A DNA stretch of 64,000 bases from Eledone cirrhosa (Eukaryota): assembly GCA_964016885.1 (NCBI GenBank), contig OZ024752.1, forward strand, positions 28,582,001 through 28,646,000, given 5' to 3'. How positions within the stretch are numbered: the first letter of the stretch is position 1; every line of letters begins with the position of its first letter. This document shows, piece by piece, positions 12,783 through 26,477 of this stretch. The translations under genes and the position numbers were made by a program. The notes beneath the pieces were generated by a model. It was not told the DNA's origin and made no database searches. It was given only the letters and a program-made list of their open reading frames with translations.

Positions 12783-15700
12783 AATAATTGTTTCTTCTTT
12801 AGGCACAAGGCCAATAATTTGAGGGGAGGGGAAAGTCGATTAAATCGACCCCATTGCATTAGTGGTACTTTAATTTATCGACCCCAGTGCATTACTGGTG
12901 CTTTAATTTATCGACCGCGTAAGGATGCAAGGCAAAGCTAAGCTCGGTGGGATTTGAACACAAAATGTAAAGGGCCGTAACCCTATGCCACGAAGCAGGA
13001 TGTCCGACGCTCTACCGATTCTGCCAATCTACACTCTTCCATGTTTATTTATAATGCTCTCTTATATAGGCACCAGGCCAGCAATTTAGGGGGAGGGGAA
13101 AGTCGATTAAATCGTCCCCAGTGCGTGACCTGGTACTTTATTTTATCGACGCCGTAAGGATTAAAGGCAAAGTGAACCTCGGCGGGATTTGCATTCAGAT
13201 CATAAAGAGCCGTAACTCTATGCTGCAAAGCATGGCGTCCGACCCTCTACCGATATTGCCAATCCACCGCCCTTCCATGTTTATTAATATTAACAATGTT
13301 CTTTTTTTGTTTTTGTTTTGTTTTGTTTTTGTATTGGTATTACCACATTAATAACAATATATATATTTGCAATAATCTAACAGAAACAATTATTTACAGG
13401 GGAAGTTTAGTAGACTAAATCTCACCCATTACTAAACTAATATTTGTTGCTCTTTCTCTTTTTTTTCCATCGAAGAGAAATTCTGTTATCAACACCGCTT
13501 AATAATTGTTTTTACTTTTGGCACAAGGCCAGCAATTACCCAGTACATTACTGGTACTTTATTTTATCGACCCCGTAAAGTTAACCTCGGCGGGATTTGA
13601 ACTCAGTATGGAAAGGGCCGTAACTCTTTGCGTCAAAGCATGGCGTTCGACCCTCTACCGATACTGGTAGCGCTAATAATGTTTCATATGCCGATACCGC
13701 TTAACAATGTTTCATCATTATCTAGGGGGCTTATTGCATGGATCACCATGACTCATTCTCTCCAGTCTGTTCGGTCTACCAAAAATAATTGTTTCTACTT
13801 TAGGTACAAGGCCAGCAATTATCCCACTGTATTACTTTATTTTATCGACCCCGTAAGGATGAAAGGCAAAGATAACCTCGGCGGGATTTGAACTCAGAAC
13901 GCCAAGGGCCATGCATCAAAGCATGTTGCATCAAAGCATGTTGTCCGACGCTCTATCGATACTGCCAATCCGCATATTTTCAGCACTGCATGTAAAATAA
14001 CAATTGTTTCTACTTTTGGCACAAGGCTAGCAATTATCCCAGTGTATTACTGGTACTTTATTTTATCGACCCCGAAAGGATGAAAGGCAAAGTTAACCTC
14101 GGCGGGATTTGAACTCAGACCATAAAGGGCCGTAACTCTTTGCTGCTAAGCATGGCGTCGGACCCTCTACCAATTCTGCCAATCCATCGAAATTTAATAA
14201 TATTTAATAATGTTTAATAATGTTTAATAATGTTTAATGATGTTTATATTCATTCCTATCAGACCGTAATTTGTTTGGAGGCTAGGAACAAAATTTTAAA
14301 AGAAACACTACTTAATTTTCATTTTTAGCATCGGAATTGTTAAATACAAAATTGATTCCAATTAGATCAGAACATGATTATTGAGGGCGGTGGATTGGCA
14401 GTATCGGTAGAGGGTCGGACGCCATGCTTTCCAGCATAGTTACGTCCCTTTACGATCTGAGTTCAAATCCCGCCGATGTTGACTTTGCCTTTCATCCTTA
14501 CGGGGTCGATAAAATAAAGTACCAGTAATGCACTGGATAATTGCTGGCCTTGTGCCTAAAGTAGAAACAATTATTGAATAATGGCGCATATTTTAAGCAC
14601 TACATATTCTGCCATGTACAATAATAATTGTTTCTACTTTTGGCACAAGGCCAGCAATTACCCAGTGCATTGCTGGTACTTTATTTTGACGACCCTATAA
14701 GGAAGAAAAGCAAAGCTAAGCTCGGCGGAATTTGAACTCAGAACGCAAAGGGCCATAACTCTAGGCTGCAAAGCATAGTGACTGACGCTCTACCGATACT
14801 ATAATAACAGTGATACTTATATGTATCTGACATGCTCAGTTTAGAAATCATAATTGTTACTCTTTACCATGTTATTTTTATTATTATTCCGTCTAGAGCG
14901 GTGGATTGGCAGTATAGGTAGAGCGTCGAACTGAAGGCTTTCGGCATAGAGTTATGGCCCTTTACGGTCTGAGTTCAAATATCGCCGAGCTTAGCTTTGC
15001 CTTTCATCCTTACGGGATCGATAAATAAAGCAACAGTAATGCACTTGGGTCGACTTAATCGACTTTCCCTTCGCCAAAAATGGCCTTATGCCTAAATTAG
15101 AAACAATTATTATTCCGTCTATACTTTCGGAGTTAATAGAATAAAATATCAGTCAAGTACTAGGGTCGATATAATTGACATACCCCTTCTCACCAAAAAA
15201 TTGTTAGGCTTGTACCCAGTCACCATCATCATCATCATCACTATTTTTATTATTTTCTTGGCGTCTCAGTCATTGATGTTATTTATAGGGGGCTGGACCA
15301 ACAGGGGGCTGGACCAACGTTCTTTAATCATCCTTGAAAATACTTCGAGATAGTACCCAGTGTCCCTATGACAATCGGGACGACCTTGATCTCATGACAG
15401 TCCAAAATCCTTTTTAATTCCCACCCTAAATTATTATTATTGGTGGATTGGCAGTATCGGTAGAGTTATGAACGTAAAGGGCCATAACTCTATGCTACTT
15501 TGCAGCATAGAGTTACGACCCTTTATGTTCTAAGTTCAAATCCCACCGAGGTTAACTTTGCCTTTCATACTTACGGGGTCGATAAAATAAAGTACCAGTC
15601 ACGTACTGGGTCGATTTACTCGACTTTCCCCTCCTCCAAAATTACTGGCCTTGTGCCTATATAAGAAACCATTATTATTTATTTATGGGCGGTGGATTGG

Positions 15701-15881
15701 CAGTATCGGTAGAGGGTCGGACGCCATGCTTTGACGTATAGAGTTACGGCCCTTGCCATTCTGAGTTCAAATCCCGCCGAGGTTAACTTTGCCTTTCATC
15801 CTTACGGGGTCGATAAACTAAAGTACCAGTAATGCACTGGATAATTGCTGGCCTTGTGCCAAACGTAGAAACAATTATTAT
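12783..15881. mobile_element. Cluster of about 10 tRNA-derived Meta-type SINE copies in both orientations in intron 1
   Basis: Approximate starts: minus copies 12783, 13050, 13502, 13785, 13998, 14621; plus copies 14385, 14896, 15441, 15687. Confidence 0.85.
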
Positions 15882-16759
15882 CATGTTTGTTAGTTTATCG
15901 TCATGTGTTACAGATCGCTCCCATTTTTATAGTGGAAATTTGTTATTGTTTTATAGTTAACCTAACCAGTATCTTCGAGAGCTGGTTAGATTTTATTTAT
16001 CTGTAGCCTTTAGGGGCTAAATCTGTGTTTGTTTTCCAAACATGGTCCTGAAGGCATTTAAAAAATAAGATGGCGGACAAACATTTTTCTTTCAGAAAAC
16101 AGAACAGCCGACTGTCCATATCATGGAAGAGCGACAGCAGTGGCAGCAAATGCAACAATAAAAACTCTGCACGAGAAAGGAATAAAATAAATTTCCCACA
16201 ATTAAAAAAATTAACACTGCCGTCATCATCGCAGGAACTCCAAAATAAAATGGACACAGCAAAAAATCAACAACACTACCACGAACGCTGCTATCACCAA
16301 CACTACCGCCACCACCACCTCTACCACCACCATTGCCACTACCACCACCACCATTACCAGCACCACCATACCACTACCATTACCACGACCATCACCACCA
16401 CCACCATCACCACCAGTTTTTGGAGAAAGATGATAAGGAAAAAAAAACCTTCTTCCAACAAAAGAGTGAACACGGAGTGATTAAAACATACGACATGGAA
16501 CCATATAAAATGCAGAGAAGCTCGGAAGCCAACGACGGACAGATGAATAATTTGAATTAATTGGCAGACGAAAAACGAACAGATAAAGTACAATTGGGGA
16601 GATGACAGGTTTTAACTTTGCGGTGCAACTAATCTATGAAAAGTTATATCTTAGCTACGAGGAAGACATAATTTCTTACACATGACGATAACTTAGTTTC
16701 CCAAGATGAAACAATTTGAGTAATTGATGCAGAGCCTATAAAATCATATAGTAGATCAG

Positions 16760-17100
16760 GATTGGGGGTCTTTTACCCAAGTGCGTAGCTCCGAGATCAG
16801 GGAGTCACTCCAGGTAGAGGCACTACTTCTCAGAATTGAGTGATCACAGCTCCGATACTATGGGCATATGGTTAGAATGTCTGAGGAAAGAATCGTTGGA
16901 CAGGTTTTGCGGGCGAAACCAGCAGGTAGGAGACCTAAGGGTAAAACCCCGAACAAGATGGCTGGATAACATCCTTGAGCTTGGCTGGTCACGATTGGGG
17001 ATCCAGCCGGATCAGTTGGAGACAGTTTCTTCTGACAGGACCCGTTGGAGGGAGTGTTTGAGGACTCTGACCCTACGACCATCTTAGGAATAAGTGGGCG
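16760..17100 (+). mobile_element. RTE-clade LINE 3' fragment (degenerate)
   Basis: Translates to VRSSEIRESLQVEALLLRIE*SQLRYYGHMVRMSEERIVGQVLRAKPAGRRPKG/KPRTRWLDNI...DRTRWR, the RTE C-terminal signature. Confidence 0.75.
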
Positions 17101-17683
17101 AAGAAAAGAAAATCAAGAAGAACTGAAGGGTTCTGGGGGTGATCAAACCCTGGTGCGGTTTCTCATCTATGTGTGGGTGGGTTGCTCTTATTTGTTTTGT
17201 GATCTAATTACATTCTTTGTATTAATATATTGTTTTAATTATTTGTGTAAATAATTGTTCCTGATTTAGGCATTAAGCCAACAATTTTGGGGGAAGGCGA
17301 AAATCGATTAAATCGACCCTAGTGCGTTACTGGTATTTTATTTTATCGACTCTGTAAGGATGAAAGGCAAAGTTAACTTCGGCTAAGTTTAAATCCCACC
17401 GAAGTTAACTTTGCCTTTCATCCTTACGGGATTGATAAAATAAAGTACCAGTAATGTACTTTGTATTTTCTGACCTTGTGCCAAAAGTAGAAACAATTAT
17501 TTTAGAAATGTATTTAACTTCTTTTTTTTTTAATTCCTATTAGTGGTCCGCGGGATTTAAAATTATGAATTTAGTGGGCCGAAAGGTTGGCGACCGCTGC
17601 CATAAAATATATTTAGAAAAATATATTGAATAATCTAAGAGAGAAAACTTCATTTTTTTTTTTTTTTTTTTTTATTTTTTTAG

Positions 17684-17779
17684 TGATGCCATGTAGCATG
17701 ATGCCAGTTCTTGAACTTGATGATGGAACCAAAATTCCACAAAGCATGGCCATGGCAAGATTTCTTGCAACAGAATACG
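17684..17779 (+). CDS. S-crystallin gene 1, coding exon 2
   Basis: Polypyrimidine-TAG acceptor; (L)[31 protein letters not shown](G); gtaatg donor; GST QS motif. Confidence 0.95.
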
Positions 17780-17859
17780 GTAATGTATTTTTTCAAAATT
17801 TGTATTATGTATTTAATTAAACCTTTAAATAAAAACGATGTATTCTATGTAGTCTAAAA

Positions 17860-18140
17860 AGTCTAAAGTCTGTCTCGAGCTCGGAGGCTCATCAGGCCGG
17901 TGCTTATCCTGGTTTCCATGGCGTTAAGTGTCTGAGAGTACAATACCCCCTCCCCCCTTGACAGGACGTCAGTCCATCGCCGGGTTAAACTCCCACCTAT
18001 TACTGGTACTTATTTTCAGAGTATACAGGAGCAACATGAAATGAAGTGTTTTGCTCAAGAACACAATACACAACCCAGTCCAGGAATTGAACCCACAATG
18101 TTAAGGTCATATGTCCAACACTATTACCACTAGGCCACCT
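17860..18140 (-). mobile_element. tRNA-derived SINE, second family (CORE/Nin-like body)
   Basis: Diverged reverse-complement copy of 27868-28140. Confidence 0.65.
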
Positions 18141-18591
18141 ATATAAGGGATAGTTTATAGGCCTTAACTCAATCTAATTTATTAACAAGTGTTATACTGG
18201 TTCCGAAAATATCTCTTATGTGACAAATAACATAAACCAATATTCTGTGGTGCGTCCTTTAAATTGAAGTGTCACTGTGTCATTTAAATACAAAATAAGA
18301 CAATAAAACAGTGAAATGAAGACATAAGAGGTAGATGACTAAATAAAAGAAAAAGAAGGCTATATGTCTTAATCCGTATGGTGAGCAAATGGGGTTCCAT
18401 GTGCTGGCTTCCCGACAGCCCCGGCGGACAGAATGGAGAAGGTGTTTCGTCGGAGGATGGTAAGGGAGATGCGCTGGAAGAGCCATTCATTTATGTTTCG
18501 ACTTGTATTATACCAAAGTACAGAAAAATTTATATTTAATTTTCTTCTCTCTGAAATTTCTAAGTTTTTATATATTTATCTCTTTACATAG

Positions 18592-18707
18592 GTTTCCATG
18601 GGAAGTCAAACATGGAGAAACTTCGGGTGGATTATATATCTGAATGTTTCTACGATATTCTCGATGATTACCTCAGAATGTACCACGATAAAACCGGCAG
18701 GATGAGG
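18592..18707 (+). CDS. S-crystallin gene 1, coding exon 3
   Basis: catag acceptor; (G)[38 protein letters not shown]; gttcgt donor; phases consistent. Confidence 0.95.
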
Positions 18708-18882
18708 GTTCGTTCATTCATTCAAATCCTTTTATTTTCAGTTCATTCTTCGAAGTCGATGGACCTCCGTCGGTTTTGACGATGAGTGTTTCAGCTACTC
18801 GATCAACATGTAAGTGGTTGAGAATTCCACGGGTAGCTTGTACACTACTTAACAAATTTCTCAGAGTAAGGTGATTATATAT

Positions 18883-18977
<95 letters not shown>

Positions 18978-19029
18978 CGACGAGACATGGTGTGTGACAA
19001 TACTGGCCCTTTGATGTACAGGTATAGTT

Positions 19030-19192
19030 GATAAGCCGGGCTTCCGTATAGTTTCCATCTACCCACCTTCACTCACAAGACATTGGATGATTCATGGCTA
19101 TGATAACTGATATTTTCCAAGACACCATGCAGTGGAATCGAACCCCGTATTTAACGATTGCGAAGCAAACCTCTTAACCATTCTGCCATGCT
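19030..19192 (-). mobile_element. tRNA-headed SINE, third family
   Basis: Minus strand tggcagaatggttaag...ggttcgattcc A/B boxes; related remnant at about 2385-2485. Confidence 0.55.
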
Positions 19193-19697
19193 GCATCTAT
19201 TCAGTCCATATGTATCTGCAGTAAGGGCGGTGGATTTTCAGTATCGGTAGAGCATCGGACAACATGCTTTATGGCATAGGGTTTCGTCATTTTATGATCT
19301 GATTTCAAATCCTGCTGAGGTTAGCTTTAGTTTTCATCCTTACGGGAGTGGATAAGATAAAGTACCAGTAATGCACTGGGGTCGATTTAATCGAATTTCC
19401 CCTCCCCAAAAATGATTGGCCTTGTGCCTAAATCAAAAACCGATATGTATCTACAGTTATTGTGTGAGTTGGAGGCTCTAATTTCAACGTACATCTAACG
19501 ATGTTCTCATCAGTATATCTGTATGTCGTGAAAGGGTGAATTATATAACTGATTAATTCTTTAATAAATTTAGTCAGCATCAACGGCAGATCCATGGTGG
19601 TATGCATTTGTATATAGGGACTAGGGAATGCAAAGATGCCTGATCTAACCACAGTAAGTAAGGTACTCAATACATAGCAGACTATAAACATTTAATG

Positions 19698-19745
<48 letters not shown>

Positions 19746-19902
19746 GGATACTATTTATGGTTATGTATATACTAAAACTTTTTATAGTTATATATATTTT
19801 AAACCCTAAACAGTGAAGGTCAGTAATTTATCACTACCTTATTACCAGTAAGATAAATAGCTCAATGTAATAACATCAGTTGTTCTACAGAGCAGTTATA
19901 TA

Positions 19903-20276
19903 GAATTCACAAGAATCAAAGCTATGTTCTAAGCATGTTTTCACTTACAATTGTTTCATCCAAACCTAGGCTTGGAGTCTTCGGAGCATTTTTCAATGTT
20001 TGTACACATGATTGACCTCTTTTCCAAGGCAAGAGACATACAGATACATATGTATATATTGATGTACAGTGGAGTGACATATATTATATTATATTATTTC
20101 CGTATAGCACTGTACATCAATATATACATATGTATCTGTATTCTCTTGCGTTGGAAAGGAGATCAATCATGTGTACAAACATTGAAAAATGCTCCGAAGA
20201 CTCCAAGCCTAGGTTTGGATGAAACAATTGTAAGTGAATAAATGCTTAGAACATAGCTTTGATTATTGTGAATTCT
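19903..20276. mobile_element. Fold-back element with a complete HHR in each arm (19942-19988 minus; 20190-20236 plus)
   Basis: gct-CCGAAGA-cTCCAA gcctaggt TTGGAt-GAAAC-AATT-GTA-agt; arms 19903-20014 and 20163-20276 are reverse complements. Confidence 0.8.
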
Positions 20277-20299
20277 CTCTCTCTCTATATATATATATA

Positions 20300-20685
20300 T
20301 ATAATAAAAGGACAATGTGTTAAGCTTCATAACGTTTATTGATCGGCGACGCGCGTTTCGCTGTTGATCAGCTGAAGGTTCGATCTGTATCGATCTGGCC
20401 CGACTCTGGAATCAAAAGTTCGTCGGACCTCTCTTGTAGTAACGCAGAGGTCCGACGAGCTTTTGATTCCAGAGTCGGACCAGATCGATACAGATCGAAC
20501 CTTAATCTGATCAATGGCGAAACGCAGCGCGTCACCAATCAATAAACGTAATGAAGGCTTGACACATTGTCCTTTTATTATAATACACTCTGTCTAGCTC
20601 TACACCTCGTCACTGACATGAACTTAAACCTCGAGTGCTCACCTGGGTAAACCTACAGTCACTTCACGTTTACACTCCCTGGATA
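20300..20685. mobile_element. Fold-back element: about 280-bp near-perfect palindrome (20300-20582) with a 3' tail
   Basis: Centre about 20437; arms carry GAAAC-GCGC-GTC (3' half of HHR); (TA)n on both sides. Confidence 0.75.
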
Positions 20686-20686
20686 T

Positions 20687-20813
<127 letters not shown>

Positions 20814-21079
20814 TGTATGTATGTGTGTGTGTGTGTATCTATCTATACATAAACTATGAAACACAAAGCGTATATATGAGATAATAATGGAGAATCTGAG
20901 AAGTATTTGTCCTGAAGGTTTTTCTTTCCTTTGAAGCACTTACACATTTATTTATTTATATATTTATTTTGCACATTTAATTATTTATATATTTATTTTA
21001 CATATTGTGTTAACAATAATGTCGTACGTGTCTTATAAGCTGCGAAATACAGTACATACTTTCCTTAGTGCAGTACCCA

Positions 21080-21113
<34 letters not shown>

Positions 21114-21142
21114 CACAAACATGTATATATATAAACATACAT

Positions 21143-21209
<67 letters not shown>

Positions 21210-21283
21210 GGTAAATATTGATGCAATTCAATTCAAGCACTCAACGTACTTTTTCCACATAGGAGTGACGGAGTAAATGTCGA

Positions 21284-21626
21284 ATAAGGAAAAGCGAAGT
21301 AGTTTCAGATGTTCAAGTCCTTTAATAATAATGCTGTGATATATATTTCAATGACGACACTGGCCACACTGTTCTGTGTGCGAGTGTCGTGTCATCATCA
21401 GACAGCTTGTTACATAATAAGGTTATGTTTCCGAGGCAATCCAAATTGAATCGACATGGGAACGGATGAAGTTCGTGCTTTTGGGTTTTTCGTCCGTTCC
21501 CTTGCTGTCTGATGATGACACGACACTCGCACACAGAACAGTGTGGCCAGTGTCGTCATTGAAATATATATCACAGCATTATTATTAAAGGACTTGAACA
21601 TCTGAAACTACTTTGCTTTTCCTTAT
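21284..21626. mobile_element. Fold-back element with a complete HHR in each arm (21333-21406 minus; 21503-21578 plus)
   Basis: tgctgt-CTGATGA-long stem II-GAAA-TATATA-TC-acagca. Confidence 0.85.
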
Positions 21627-21630
21627 TCTT

Positions 21631-21743
<113 letters not shown>

Positions 21744-21785
21744 CAAAATATTAACAAATGAAAAATATTCTCATAATCAAAATAT

Positions 21786-21852
21786 ACACTTATTATATAT
21801 ATTTCAAAGGTACTGTGTTGTTTTTTCAGTACGTCCTCATCAGACAAAATAT
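21786..21852 (-). ncRNA. Type I HHR motif (578 family)
   Basis: Minus strand tattttgt-CTGATGA-gg.gtactg...cagtac.ttt-GAAA-TATATA-TA-ataag. Confidence 0.65.
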
Positions 21853-21981
21853 ATGATTTGATATATGACATACCGCTACGGCCTTGATTATTCAACTCCA
21901 GTATTGACTTTGCTTTTGAGTGCTTCTAATCTATTGTAAAATTGTATTCATTGAGTAATCAACGAGCCATATTAATCTTTG

Positions 21982-22073
<92 letters not shown>

Positions 22074-22102
22074 ATCAAAAGATGGTTAAAAGAGTTCCCA
22101 TG

Positions 22103-22173
22103 TATTTTATTATGCGCATTTCAAATACAAATATCATCATTCGACTACATTTGCGTTTTCGTCAGATAAAATA
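22103..22173 (-). ncRNA. Type I HHR in the PLE 3' region (intact core)
   Basis: tattttat-CTGACGA-aaa.gcaaatgt...atatttgt.ttt-GAAA-TGCGCA-TA-ataaaata. Confidence 0.85.
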
Positions 22174-23094
22174 GGGAGACATGATATGAAGGTTAAAAAA
22201 CACTTGTGAATAGTGCAGTTTTAAATCAACATATGAAAAGTAGTTTTAGATTGATGTGTGATATTGGGAAAAAAATTGAGGGGGGGGGGAGGAGGAGATG
22301 AGAGTAAAGAATGGAGGGGGAGGAGTATAATAAGGAAGGATGAGATAGGAGGAGAGATGGATGATAGAGAGAGAGAGAGATAGCTTTTATAACTGAGAAA
22401 AATATATTGTTTTACAGAGATAGGTTAAAAAACCGTTGGAAGATAATATATAAATTAAAAGAATTTGAAAATTAACGAAGAGAAAAATTTAAGAATAATG
22501 TTAAATTAAGTTTTGTATATTGAAGGGTTTAATAATATGTGCGATGAAAAGAAATTGTTAATATGTATTAAGAATAATATTAAGTTAAGGTTTGAATATT
22601 GAAGGGTTTAATAATATGTGCGATGGAAAGAAATTGTTGATATGTATTATTAAAAAAAAAAAAATAGTAATGTAATTAAGGATATATTGTGAAAAGAAGA
22701 AGTAGAAGAGTGGATGAATTAATATATGTAAATAGTTTGTTTACAAATGAGCGCAGAAAGCAAAGAAGGAGATAGTGTTTAAGGAGAAGACCTTAACATC
22801 AAAATATGTATGTTTATGAAATATTTCCTAATGGTAATAATATAATGTAATAAAGGAGATTAGTTGGGGTTTAAGTTTGATTTTATGTGTTGTGATGTTT
22901 AATATGTAGAAGTTAGACGAGCATGAAAGGGAGAAAAATAATGAATTGAGGATGAATAATCTAACGTCAAAAAAAATGTTTATGTTTACGAAGGATTTTT
23001 CAAGGTGATACTATAAAGTATTTAAAAGGGTAATAGTAAGTTTTATGGCCAGTGATAGGATGGAAGAAGGAAGAGTGGATATATTGTGGTGAGT

Positions 23095-23287
23095 AATAAT
23101 TGTTTCTACTTTTAGGCACAAGGCCAGCAATTACCCAGTGCATTACTGGTACTTTATTTTATCGACCCCGTAAGGATGAAAGGCAAAGTCAACCTCGGCG
23201 GGATTTGAACTCAGATCGTAAAGGGACGTAACTATGCTGGAAAGCATGGCGTCCGACCCTCTACCGATACTGCCAATCCACCGCCTT
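23095..23287 (-). mobile_element. Full-length Meta-type SINE with about 21-bp target-site duplication, inserted in the left PLE arm only
   Basis: tatattgtggtgagtaataat at 23080-23100 and 23287-23307; empty site in the right arm near 26730. Confidence 0.9.
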
Positions 23288-23546
23288 ATATTGTGGTGAG
23301 TAATAATGAGAATTGAGAAGTATCTAGGAAGAAAAGGTACAGATTAAAGGTTAGAAATTAAAAGAAAAAAAGAAAAAAGGAAGAAAGGGAAGTGATAAAT
23401 AGGAGTGATATAGAATGAGTAACTAGTATTATATAATGTATAATAAATAACATTGAAATAAGGTAGAAAGATGGGTATATTTTTAAAGAGATATATATAT
23501 ATGTGCCTTTGAGAAAAAGGATTTTAAATTGGTAAAGTATTAGATA

Positions 23547-25552
23547 TTAGCTGTATACTTTATGGAATATTCTGTAGAATTTATGCAAGCAGAGAGAAAA
23601 CAAGTCAGTGCGTCTATTTATTATAGAATCTAAATTAGATATAATGGTAAATTTCTCATATAAACAGAGATTACATGTTTTGGATAGAGAGGCATTCAAG
23701 TATGGAGAAGCAGAACAAGCCTTCCTCCAAGAGATGTTATAGTTAATATTTTTGTCTTTCAAGGACCATATGAGTTCTGAGAGTGCCATGTTGGTTCTTT
23801 TAAGTTGGTATTTAAAAGACGAATGATGATTATAAAGACGAGCTTTAAAGGAGGTGGAAGTGGAGTCAAAATAGGTAAAGGAATTGGTGTCAGTTATAAC
23901 TTTACATTCATAGATTAAGTTTTTTTCAAGACAATGGTTGTTGAGAGGACATTTATTTTTTAACAGGGCAATTACAATTGCGTTTAGAGAAATTAACAGA
24001 GTTATTAACAAGTGACCTAGTGTTATCTATAGGAGGAATTGGATTGGAGAAGTTATTTACGATAGGAATAATAGTTTCTTGATTTAGATTAGGATTAAGA
24101 ACATTTAACGAAGTTGCGTTTGACGTTGTATTAGGGTTTGCAGAAATTAGCCTAGAGTTAACAATGACGTCGGGAGTACTATTACTATTATTATGATATT
24201 CAGTGTTGGAAGGAAGAGAATTAGTATTTAGTATATCATTGTTGTGTTTAGAGATAATGTTGGAGATGTTGGAGGAGGTCGAATAGGAAGGTTTTATAGT
24301 GTGTTTGTTAAATATTTTACTATAGATATGTGAGGGAGGGAAGCATTTATTTAAGGCACTAAAGAATAATTTAGGAATATTATTATTAATAGAGATGGAG
24401 AAAGGAGCATTATACCAGATTATGTTTTTGTATCTAGGTCTTTTATTAAAGTTATTGGAATGATCATGATTAATTATTCTACTGTAAGATCTTCTAGGAT
24501 TTGTTTCTTTACTATATTTAATTTTATCAGGATAACCGGCTTTAGAAAGCGCGTTATTATAGTAATTGGCGTTAACATCAAAGATGTTTTTATTAGATGA
24601 TAGGTTGGATATTCTTTTTCCAATATTACTAACTATAGCATTCTTAATATTAGTGGGGTGGTTAGATTTAAAATTAACATAATTTAGATTCTCATTGTTT
24701 TTATGGTAAGGGTAATATAGGCCAGTGTCAAGATTAAGAGATACATCCAAGAAATTAGCTAGTTTGATGTTGTTATCAAATTCTATTTTTAAGTTATGTT
24801 GGTTAAAGAGATTACGTATATTGTTCTTAATAATATTAAGGTTAACTATGTTGCAATTTAAGATAGTAAAAAGTCCATCGTCACGATAAATTCCACCGCG
24901 AAGTTGAGGAATTTTCCGATTCAAAGAGTTCAAAATAAAGATACCAATTAAATCTGTCAATTGGGATGAATCGGATGCAGTCATTGTGATGTCAAAATTG
25001 TTAGAGGTATCAGCTCTGGTCCAATATTCATTGTTGAACTCTAGGATGGTTTTACGTGCGGTGAGAATGATGTGAAGTTCATCTGTGGTGATGTCTGAAT
25101 ATGTGTAAGCGAAAGATAGAGCATTGTTGAGACGTGAGGGCGAAATAGAAGAATAGTAGCTGGCAATAACAAATTTAATAAATTTTTGTTTGTTTTTCTT
25201 ATTCAATTTGTTGAACCAGCCAATCACTTCAGAAGTACCAAACCATAAATTTAAGTTCGAAGTAGAGCAATTAGAACGAACCTGTGGGATAATTCTATCC
25301 AAGATGGCTTTGCTAACAACCCCCAGATCTGATTTAGAGGGGGCGATTAGTCTAACAGGTAGTTCAGTACGAAAGTTGTTTTTGTGATCCTTGAGATTTA
25401 TCCTCGGAGTTCTTGGGAGGAATGGTTCGGTCTTTTTTTCCGATGCCAAGTTTTGACATAGTCTCAGAAGCTTCAAAATTTATGGATTCTAAATTATCAT
25501 GGTTGGTTTTGCGATATTTTTTCCTAAGTTCCTTAATATAGTAAAGAAACAA
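23547..25552 (-). pseudogene. PLE ORF: reverse transcriptase plus C-terminal GIY-YIG endonuclease, frameshifted
   Basis: GIYRDDGL, FLDVSLNL and SNHP RT/thumb motifs; CNC..CPL..CL, NLIY, FKARLYNH and CNLCxxEK endonuclease region; +1 A frameshift near 23955 is absent from the right-arm copy. Confidence 0.9.
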
Positions 25553-26477
25553 ATCCTAGAAGATCTTACAGTAGAATAATTAATCATAATCATTCCAATA
25601 ACTTTAATAAAAGACCTAGATACAAAAACATAATCTGGTATAATGCTCCTTTCTCCATCTCTATTAATGATAATATTCCTAAATTATTCTTTAGTGCCTT
25701 AAATAAACGCTTCCCTCCCTCACATATCTATAGTAACATATTTAACAAACACACTATAACATTTTCCTATTCGACCTCCTCCAACATCTCCAACATTATC
25801 TCTAAACACAATAATAATATACTAAATACTAATTCTCTTCCTTCCAACACTGACTATCATAATAATAGTAATAGTACTCCCGACGTCATTGTTAACTCTA
25901 GGCTAATTTCTGCAAACCCAAATACAACGTCAAACGCAACTTCGTTAAATGTTCTTAATCCCAATCTAAATCAAGAAACTATTATTCCTATCGTAAATAA
26001 CTTCTCCAATCCAATTCCTCCTATAGATAACACTAGGTCACTTGTTAATAACTCTGTTAATTTCTCTAATCGCAATTGTAATTGCCCTGTTAAAAATAAA
26101 TGTCCTCTCAACAACCATTGTCTTGAAAAAAACTTAATCTGTGAATGTATATTTTTGGCTCCACTTCCACCTCCTTTAAAGCTCGTCTTTATAATCATCA
26201 TTCGTCTTTTAAATACCAACTTAAAAGAACCAACACGGCACTCTCAGAACTCATATGGTCCTTGAAAGACAAAAATATTAACTATAACATCTCTTGGAGG
26301 AAGGTTTGTTCTGCTTCTCCATACTTGAATGCCTCTCTATCCAAAACATGTAATCTCTGTTTATGTGAGAAATTTACCATTATATCTAATTTAGATTCTA
26401 TAATAAATAGACGCACTGACTTGTTTTCTCTCTGCTTGCATAAATTCAACAGAACATTCCATAAAGTATACAGCTAA
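25535..26477 (+). pseudogene. Inverted second copy of the PLE ORF C-terminus (linker + GIY-YIG), with a deletion near 26147
   Basis: ORF 26145-26477 is nearly identical to 23547-23880. Confidence 0.88.

Noticed and set aside
20336-20545. Mirror-image 68-aa ORFs on both strands; CTGATCA as an HHR core
   Set aside because: The ORFs are an artefact of the palindrome, and CTGATCA lacks G8, so only the 3' half of the core is credible
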